Source of the DNA: a virus | Taxonomy: Duplodnaviria; Heunggongvirae; Uroviricota; Caudoviricetes | IMG/VR virus record: IMGVR_UViG_2684622552_000003 | DNA length: 4,974 bases | Strand: one strand, 5' to 3' | In this document: in pieces, positions 1 to 4,974 of the stretch | Layout of the letters: the number at the start of each line of letters is the position of its first letter | Position numbering within the stretch: position 1 is the first letter of the stretch | Position numbers and translations under genes: made by a program | Notes under the pieces: generated by a model | Told to the model about the DNA's origin: nothing | What the model saw: the letters and a program-made list of their open reading frames with translations, nothing else | Databases searched by the model: none

Positions 1-1074
1 CAGCCGAGTAATGATGCGTCCGGCTATCTGGATTTTTTCAAAGGAGAGATAGGGAAAACACATCTGGCCCAGGAGCTGTGGACACAAATTGATAACGGTC
101 AGCTTGCCCCGGATCTGGCTGAAATCAGGACATCCATTACGAATGTCAGCAATGAAATCACCGAGACCGTTAACAAGACACTGAAAGACCAGAGTGCAGC
201 GATCCAGCAGATACAGAAGGTTCAGGTTGACACCAGTAATAACCTGAACAGTATGTGGGCTGTGAAGCTGCAACAGATGAAGGATGGACGCCTTTATATT
301 GCGGGTATCGGTGCCGGTATTGAGAATACCCCGGACGGCATGCAGAGTCAGGTGCTTCTGGCTGCAGACCGGGTGGCATTTATTAACCCGGCGAATGGTA
401 ACACCACTCCTGCACTGGTCACACAGGGCGGACAGACGTTTATTAATGAGGCGCTGATCAAGTTCCTTATTGCTCCCACGATTACCAGTGGTGGTAATCC
501 TCCGGCATTCTCCCTGACACCTGACGGCAAGCTGACTGCTAAAAATGCGGATATCAGTGGCAGTGTGAATGCGAACGCCGGGACGCTCAACAATGTCACG
601 ATTAATGAGAACTGTCTGATAAAAGGAAAACTGTCTGCCAGTCAGATTGAGGGCGATATTGTCAAAGCGGTGGGAAAGGCTTTTCCACATGATCCGCGCG
701 AATCAGAATTTAAACCGTGGCCGTCAGGTACGATTACTGTGAGGATAGATGATGATCAAAAATATGACAGACAAATTGTCATTCCTGCTGTTGCATTTCG
801 TGGGGCGAAGCACCGGCAGGCATCCACAAACAGTGAATATTATTCATCCTGTCGTCTTGTTGTAAAAAAGAATGGTTCTGTAATTTATGACAAATCGACC
901 AACGATGTTACAGCCATTTACACAGGTATCATGGATATGCCAGCCGGTTCTGGAGGAATAACTCTTGAGTTTTCAGTTTCTGCGTCAAACGGGAATTATT
1001 ATCCTTCAGCGACTATCAGCGATTTGCTTGTGGTCATTATGAAAAAATCCACAGCTGGTATCAGTATCAGCTGA
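1..1074 (+). CDS. J: Central tail fibre / host specificity protein J, C-terminal ~358 codons (5'-partial; start lies upstream of the window)
   Basis: Frame 1 is open from base 1, with no stop before the TGA at 1072-1074; the ORF track only reports it from the first internal Met at 253. The translation (…[41 protein letters not shown]…[45 protein letters not shown]…[18 protein letters not shown]) closely resembles the receptor-binding C-terminus of lambda gpJ as I recall it. Confidence 0.9.
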   Translation, partial: QPSNDASGYLDFFKGEIGKTHLAQELWTQIDNGQLAPDLAEIRTSITNVSNEITETVNKTLKDQSAAIQQIQKVQVDTSNNLNSMWAVKLQQMKDGRLYIAGIGAGIENTPDGMQSQVLLAADRVAFINPANGNTTPALVTQGGQTFINEALIKFLIAPTITSGGNPPAFSLTPDGKLTAKNADISGSVNANAGTLNNVTINENCLIKGKLSASQIEGDIVKAVGKAFPHDPRESEFKPWPSGTITVRIDDDQKYDRQIVIPAVAFRGAKHRQASTNSEYYSSCRLVVKKNGSVIYDKSTNDVTAIYTGIMDMPAGSGGITLEFSVSASNGNYYPSATISDLLVVIMKKSTAGISIS

Positions 1075-1093
1075 ATGTTTAAAACCCAAACCG

Positions 1094-1117
1094 GGCGCCA
1101 GAAATGGCGCCTTTTTT
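1094..1117 (+). terminator. Rho-independent terminator downstream of J
   Basis: Perfect 6-bp GC stem GGCGCC (1094-1099) / GGCGCC (1106-1111) with a 6-nt loop AGAAAT, followed directly by a T6 run (1112-1117). It lies 20 nt after the J stop codon. Confidence 0.65.
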
Positions 1118-1129
1118 ATTGCAGAAAAG

Positions 1130-1136
1130 TGAGAGG
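1130..1136 (+). promoter_or_regulatory. Shine-Dalgarno sequence for lom
   Basis: GAGAGG at 1131-1136, 5 nt upstream of the ATG at 1142. Confidence 0.5.
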
Positions 1137-1141
1137 TAATT

Positions 1142-1213
1142 ATGCGTAAAGTATGTGCAATTCTTTTGTCCGCAGCAGTATTCCTGACCGTATCGGGTAC
1201 GACAGTGAGTGCA
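1142..1213 (+). other. Sec signal peptide of Lom (24 aa, predicted cleavage after VSA)
   Basis: Basic N-terminus (MRK), hydrophobic core (VCAILLSAAVFLTV), and a small-residue VSA motif before AEHQ. The cleavage site is judged by eye, not by a predictor. Confidence 0.6.
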
Positions 1214-1741
1214 GCAGAACACCAGAGCACATTAAGCGCAGGATATATTCATGCTCATACGAAAATGCCAGGCGGTGATAATCTGAATGGTATTAACGTG
1301 AAATACCGTTATGAATTTACGGACACGCTTGGGATGGTGACGTCATTCAGTTATGCCAACGCCGAAGATGAGCAAAAAACGCATTACAGCGATACCCGCT
1401 GGCATGAAGATTCCGTTCGTAACCGCTGGTTCAGCGTGATGGCGGGGCCGTCTGTACGCGTGAATGAATGGTTCAGCGCATATGCGATGGCGGGTGTGGC
1501 TTACAGCCGTGTTTCGACTTTCTCCGGGGATTATCTCCGCGTAACTGACAACAAGGGGAAAACGCACGATGTGCTGACCGGAAGTGATGATGGTCGCCAC
1601 AGTAACACGTCTCTGGCGTGGGGGGCTGGCGTGCAGTTTAACCCGACCGAATCCGTGGCCATTGATATTGCTTATGAAGGCTCCGGCAGTGGTGACTGGC
1701 GCACTGACGGTTTCATCGTGGGTGTCGGTTATAAATTCTGA
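1142..1741 (+). CDS. lom: Lom: Ail/Lom/OmpX-family outer-membrane beta-barrel protein (prophage moron, lysogenic-conversion type), 199 aa
   Basis: Complete ORF from ATG 1142 to TGA 1739-1741. It has an N-terminal signal peptide (MRKVCAILLSAAVFLTVSGTTVSA|AEHQ) and the C-terminal signature …SLAWGAGVQFNPTESVAIDIAYEGSGSGDWRTDGFIVGVGYKF with a terminal aromatic residue, typical of an OM beta-barrel and near-identical to the lambda Lom C-terminus as I recall it. Its position between J and stf matches lambda and Rac. Confidence 0.93.
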   Translation: MRKVCAILLSAAVFLTVSGTTVSAAEHQSTLSAGYIHAHTKMPGGDNLNGINVKYRYEFTDTLGMVTSFSYANAEDEQKTHYSDTRWHEDSVRNRWFSVMAGPSVRVNEWFSAYAMAGVAYSRVSTFSGDYLRVTDNKGKTHDVLTGSDDGRHSNTSLAWGAGVQFNPTESVAIDIAYEGSGSGDWRTDGFIVGVGYKF

Positions 1742-1767
1742 TTAGCCAGGTAACACAGTGTTATGAC

Positions 1768-1794
1768 AGCCCGCCGGTTCAGGCGGGCTTTTTT
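1768..1794 (+). terminator. Rho-independent terminator downstream of lom
   Basis: 8-bp stem AGCCCGCC (1768-1775) / GGCGGGCT (1782-1789) with a 6-nt loop GGTTCA, followed by a T-run (1789-1794). It begins 27 nt after the lom stop codon. Confidence 0.75.
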
Positions 1795-1800
1795 GTGGGG
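1795..1800 (+). promoter_or_regulatory. Shine-Dalgarno sequence for stf
   Basis: GTGGGG at 1795-1800, 5 nt upstream of the ATG at 1806. Confidence 0.4.
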
Positions 1801-1805
1801 TGAAT

Positions 1806-4800
1806 ATGGCAGTAAAGATTTCAGGTGTACTGAAAGACGGCACAGGGAAACCGGTACAGAACTGCACCATTCAGCTGAAGGCAAAACGTAACAGTACCAC
1901 GGTCGTGGTGAACACGCTGGCCTCAGAAAATCCGGATGAAGCCGGGCGTTACAGCATGGACGTTGAGTACGGTCAGTACAGCGCTATTCTGATGGTGGAA
2001 GGATTCCCGCCGTCACATGCCGGGACCATCACCGTGTATGAGGATTCAAAGCCGGGGACGCTGAATGATTTTCTCGGTGCCATGACGGAGGATGATGCCC
2101 GTCCGGAGGCACTGCGCCGTTTTGAACTGATGGTGGAAGAGGTGGCGCGTAACGCGTCCGCAGTGGCACAGAACACGGCAGCCGCGAAGAAGTCAGCCAG
2201 CGATGCCAGCACATCTGCCAGTGAGGCGGCAACCCATGCGACTGATGCCGCAGGCTCAGCACGCGCAGCCAGCACGTCCGCCGGACAGGCCGCATCGTCT
2301 GCTCAGTCAGCATCTTCCAGCGCAGGAACGGCATCAACAAAGGCCACGGAAGCGTCAAAAAGTGCTGCCGCTGCAGAGTCCTCAAAAAGCGCGGCGGCCA
2401 CCAGTGCCGGTGCGGCAAAAACGTCAGAAACGAATGCGGCAGCGTCACAACAATCAGCCGCCACTTCTGCATCCACCGCGACCACGAAAGCGTCAGAAGC
2501 TGCCTCCTCAGCCAGGGATGCGTCGGCTTCAAAAGAGGCGGCAAAATCATCAGAAACGAGCGCAGCCTCGAGCGCCAGTAGTTCCGCTTCCTCGGCAACG
2601 GCGGCAGGCAATTCCGCGAAAGCGGCAAAAACGTCCGAGACGAACGCTAAGTCTTCTGAAACGGCAGCGGAACAGAGTGCCTCCGCAGCAGCAGACTCAA
2701 AAACAGCGGCTGCATCATCTGCCAGCGCCGCGTCAACAAGTGCCGGGCAGGCCTCAGCCAGTGCCACCGCTGCCGGAAAGTCGGCAGAAAGTGCCGCATC
2801 GTCTGCTTCAACAGCCACAACGAAGGCTGGCGAAGCCACTGAACAGGCCAGCGCAGCAGCGAATTCTGCTTCCGCAGCGAAGACATCCGAAACGAACGCG
2901 AAAGCGTCGGAAACCAGCGCAGAATCCTCAAAGACGGCTGCCGCATCGTCAGCCAGTTCGGCGGCGTCATCGGCATCATCTGCGTCTGCTTCAAAAGATG
3001 AGGCGACCAGACAGGCGTCAGCGGCGGCAGAGAGTGCGTCAACGGCATCCACGAAGGCGACAGAGACGGCAGGAAGTGCGACGGAGGCAGCTCAGAGCAA
3101 AAATGCGGCTGAATCCGCGGCAACGCGCGCCGAGACAGCTGCAAAACGGGCAGAGGATATTGCATCTGCCGTGGCGCTTGAGGATGCAAGCACGACGAAA
3201 AAAGGGATAGTACAGCTCAGCAGTGAGACCAGCAGCGAATCTGATACGCTCGCAGCAACACCGAAAGCGGTAAAGGCTGCAAACGACAACGCTGAAACAC
3301 GCCTTCGGAAAAACCAGAACGGGGCAGATATACCTGATAAAGACACCTTCGTAAAAAATATTGGCGCAGCGAAAGCTGCCAGCGGCAATATCAGCATCGG
3401 AGGAGACAGCAATAACTGGACGACGGCGCAATTTATCGAGTGGCTGGAGTCTAAGGGGGCGTTCAATCATTCATACTGGATGTGTAAAGGCTCATGGGCT
3501 TACGCTGCCAATAAAATCATCACGGATACCGGTTGTGGGAATATACAACTTTCTGGCGCTGTAGTTGAGGTTATGGGGGGTCGAGAGGCTATGACTATTC
3601 GCATCACCACCCCCACGACCGCAACGAACGGCGGAACCGTCAAGGCACAATTTACCTACATCAACCACGGTGACAATTATGCGCCAGGCTGGAGACGGGA
3701 CTTTAATCGAGCTGGTGATTCAATGTCAGGCCAGTTAACTTTGGCGGATATGTCACAGCCATTAAGAACACCAGGTGGTGGCATATTTGCCAATGATGGC
3801 AACTTGTATATCAATAAACCGGGTTTCGCTGGATGGATTGATGCGCTCTTTTTGAAATTAACAGGAGGCACAATAACCGGGTCGCTTACCGTTAATGGTG
3901 GCATTAAGGGTAATGCTTCAACGGCTACGAAGCTTCAAACGCCAATAAATATTAATGGTGTTAAGTTTGATGGCTCAGGTGACATCAACATTAATACCTT
4001 AGTGTCCAGAGGTATGGTGGCCGCATTAAGTGGCAATACACAAGGCACCCCAGGCGTTCAGATGTATGAAGCGTATAAAAATGGCTACCCCACGACTTAC
4101 GGCAATGTGCTTCATATGAAAGGTGCGAATGCTGCAGGAGAGGGTGAATTGCTTATCGGCTGGAGTGGTACAAGCGGTGCCCATGCTCCGGCATTTATTC
4201 GTTCACGACGGGATGCTACCGACGCAAACTGGTCGCTATGGGATCAGCTTTACACAACGGCTTATCCTCCTTCAGAGCTTTATCCTGCAGGGGCACCGAT
4301 ACCGTGGCCATCAGACACAATTCCATCTGGTTATGCTCTGATGCAGGGGCAGACTTTTGATAAATCAGCATATCCGAAACTTGCAACCGCTTACCCATCT
4401 GGTGTGATCCCTGATCTGCGTGGATGGACAATTAAGGGTAAACCCGCCAGTGGTCGCGCTGTATTGTCTCAGGAACAGGATGGTATTAAATCGCATACCC
4501 ACAGTGCCAGTGCATCCAGTACGGATTTGGGGACGAAAACAACCAGTTCGTTTGATTATGGTACTAAGTCCACGAATAACACCGGGGCGCATACACATAG
4601 TATTAGCGGGACAGCAAATAGTGCAGGTGGGCACCAACACCAGAGTTCTGGACCATATGCGAATTCTAATAGAACTGCACTCTTTCCTAACGGTTATACC
4701 CAGGTTTCAGTCACAAACGCACCAGTTGTACCACAGGAATCTGGCTCAGGTACGAGCCGTATATCAGGGAAGACATCATCAGATGGAGCACATACCCACT

Positions 4801-4974
4801 CATTGTCTGGTACTGCCGCATCTGCAGGGGCACACGCACATACTGTCGGTATTGGTGCCCATGCACACACTGTGGCGCTGGGTGCACATGGACACACCAT
4901 CACCGTTAACGCTGCTGGTAACGCGGAAAACACCGTCAAAAACATCGCATTTAACTATATTGTGAGGCTTGCAT
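1806..4974 (+). CDS. stf: Side tail fibre protein Stf (StfR-like long form), 1056 codons in the window; 3'-partial only in that the stop codon begins at the final base 4974
   Basis: My own codon-by-codon translation of frame 3 from ATG 1806 shows no stop through GCA at 4971-4973. This ORF is not in the supplied track, presumably because it lacks an in-window stop. The N-terminus [37 protein letters not shown]…[16 protein letters not shown] and the C-terminus …[10 protein letters not shown]…[33 protein letters not shown]…GIGAHAHTV…[28 protein letters not shown] match lambda Stf and Rac StfR as I recall them. The final residues RLA are the normal Stf C-terminus, so the gene ends 2 nt beyond the window. 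Confidence 0.9.
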   Translation, partial: MAVKISGVLKDGTGKPVQNCTIQLKAKRNSTTVVVNTLASENPDEAGRYSMDVEYGQYSAILMVEGFPPSHAGTITVYEDSKPGTLNDFLGAMTEDDARPEALRRFELMVEEVARNASAVAQNTAAAKKSASDASTSASEAATHATDAAGSARAASTSAGQAASSAQSASSSAGTASTKATEASKSAAAAESSKSAAATSAGAAKTSETNAAASQQSAATSASTATTKASEAASSARDASASKEAAKSSETSAASSASSSASSATAAGNSAKAAKTSETNAKSSETAAEQSASAAADSKTAAASSASAASTSAGQASASATAAGKSAESAASSASTATTKAGEATEQASAAANSASAAKTSETNAKASETSAESSKTAAASSASSAASSASSASASKDEATRQASAAAESASTASTKATETAGSATEAAQSKNAAESAATRAETAAKRAEDIASAVALEDASTTKKGIVQLSSETSSESDTLAATPKAVKAANDNAETRLRKNQNGADIPDKDTFVKNIGAAKAASGNISIGGDSNNWTTAQFIEWLESKGAFNHSYWMCKGSWAYAANKIITDTGCGNIQLSGAVVEVMGGREAMTIRITTPTTATNGGTVKAQFTYINHGDNYAPGWRRDFNRAGDSMSGQLTLADMSQPLRTPGGGIFANDGNLYINKPGFAGWIDALFLKLTGGTITGSLTVNGGIKGNASTATKLQTPININGVKFDGSGDININTLVSRGMVAALSGNTQGTPGVQMYEAYKNGYPTTYGNVLHMKGANAAGEGELLIGWSGTSGAHAPAFIRSRRDATDANWSLWDQLYTTAYPPSELYPAGAPIPWPSDTIPSGYALMQGQTFDKSAYPKLATAYPSGVIPDLRGWTIKGKPASGRAVLSQEQDGIKSHTHSASASSTDLGTKTTSSFDYGTKSTNNTGAHTHSISGTANSAGGHQHQSSGPYANSNRTALFPNGYTQVSVTNAPVVPQESGSGTSRISGKTSSDGAHTHSLSGTAASAGAHAHTVGIGAHAHTVALGAHGHTITVNAAGNAENTVKNIAFNYIVRLA
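2163..3170 (+). repeat. In-frame periodic coding repeat within stf: 24 consecutive 14-codon (42-nt) units, Ala/Ser/Thr-rich, Ala at position 1 in 22 of 24 units
   Basis: Cutting the Stf translation into 14-mers from [14 protein letters not shown] (codon at 2163) gives 24 units, for example [14 protein letters not shown] / [14 protein letters not shown] / [14 protein letters not shown] / [14 protein letters not shown] / [14 protein letters not shown] / [14 protein letters not shown]. At nucleotide level the near-identical motif GC(A/G)AA(A/G)ACaTC(A/C)GA(A/G)ACGA recurs at 2415, 2541, 2625 and 2877, and the spacings of 126, 84 and 252 nt are all multiples of 42. Confidence 0.85.

Larger units (their letters stand above)
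1..4974 (+). mobile_element. Fragment of a lambdoid (lambda/Rac-like) prophage tail-fibre module, J - lom - stf
   Basis: Gene order and protein sequences match the phage lambda J-lom-stf arrangement as I recall it: the J C-terminus ends ...[16 protein letters not shown], Lom ends ...DIAYEGSGSGDWRTDGFIVGVGYKF, and Stf starts [26 protein letters not shown] and ends ...[26 protein letters not shown]. All three genes are on the + strand and are separated by terminator hairpins. Confidence 0.85.

Noticed and set aside
170-599. Two - strand ORFs inside J (170..379, 348..599)
   Set aside because: They are short antisense ORFs within the well-supported J coding frame, with no supporting signals.
1020-1141. 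Candidate sigma70 promoter for lom in the J 3' end or intergenic region
   Set aside because: I saw only weak hexamer matches with poor spacing (for example TTGCTT near 1024 with no properly spaced -10). That is not enough to call a promoter without a prediction tool or transcript data.
1006-1600. The - strand ORFs 1006..1230 (spanning the J-lom intergenic region) and 1343..1600 (inside lom)
   Set aside because: They overlap the J 3' end, the terminator hairpin and the lom signal-peptide region, or lie antisense within lom. The + strand genes explain the region.
2303-3052. 249-aa Ala/Asp/Glu-rich ORF on the - strand
   Set aside because: It is antisense to the stf repeat array. Its low-complexity composition mirrors the sense-strand codon bias, and there is no independent gene signal.
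2163-3170. Possibility that the periodic 42-nt repeats are a CRISPR array or other non-coding repeat
   Set aside because: The repeats are degenerate, directly adjacent without unique spacers, strictly in frame with a long ORF, and encode a periodic Ala/Ser-rich polypeptide. They are a coding repeat, not a CRISPR.
2203-3210. 335-aa Arg/Pro/Gln-rich ORF on the + strand (frame 1)
   Set aside because: It is an alternate reading frame of the stf Ala/Ser repeat region. Its composition is the expected by-product of frame-shifted GCN/TCN codons. There is no convincing RBS, and frame 3 encodes a continuous, recognisable Stf across the same span.
2029-3470. Additional - strand ORFs (2029..2628, 2647..3189, 3039..3470, 3092..3466)
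   Set aside because: All lie inside stf on the opposite strand and overlap each other. They are low-complexity or Cys/Arg-rich translations typical of antisense artefacts.
3361-4640. Short + and - strand ORFs inside stf (3361..3564 +, 3677..3904 -, 4123..4341 +, 4216..4431 -, 4365..4640 -)
   Set aside because: They are short, overlap one another, and lie entirely within the stf coding frame on alternate frames or antisense; there is no independent gene signal.
4420-4965. 181-aa ORF on the + strand (frame 1) near the 3' end
   Set aside because: It is an alternate frame within the conserved Stf C-terminal tip. The frame 3 translation there matches the lambda Stf C-terminus through the final RLA.
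1-4974. A defence, toxin-antitoxin or otherwise novel system hidden in the window
   Set aside because: J, lom and stf on one strand account for every substantial ORF, with only short intergenic gaps (1075-1141 and 1742-1805) that hold terminators and RBSs. There is no unexplained coding capacity. Any novel cargo would have to lie outside this window, for example downstream of stf/tfa.

Overview
The whole window is a contiguous, same-strand (+) block of late/tail genes from a lambdoid (lambda/Rac-like) enterobacterial prophage; I find no support for a novel or undescribed system here. Three genes account for essentially every base: (1) the 3' ~1.07 kb of a J-like central tail fibre / host-specificity gene (1..1074, 5'-partial); (2) a complete lom gene, an Ail/Lom-family outer-membrane beta-barrel 'moron' (1142..1741), bracketed by two clean rho-independent terminator hairpins; (3) a very long side tail fibre gene, stf (1806..4974), open in frame 3 to the last base of the window. 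The stf gene is absent from the supplied ORF track because its stop codon starts at the final base. Stf looks mosaic: a lambda-like N-terminus, a periodic Ala/Ser-rich array of 24 x 14 residues (exactly 24 x 42 nt), a compositionally distinct AT-richer middle module carrying a phage tail-fibre repeat motif, and a lambda-Stf-like C-terminal tip with seven His-x-His motifs. All other ORFs in the track are alternate-frame or antisense artefacts inside these genes. The most interesting points are the tail-fibre mosaicism, the strictly periodic repeat array, the possible metal-binding tip, and the lom moron architecture. All calls rest on reading the sequence and on recalled protein families; no searches were run.
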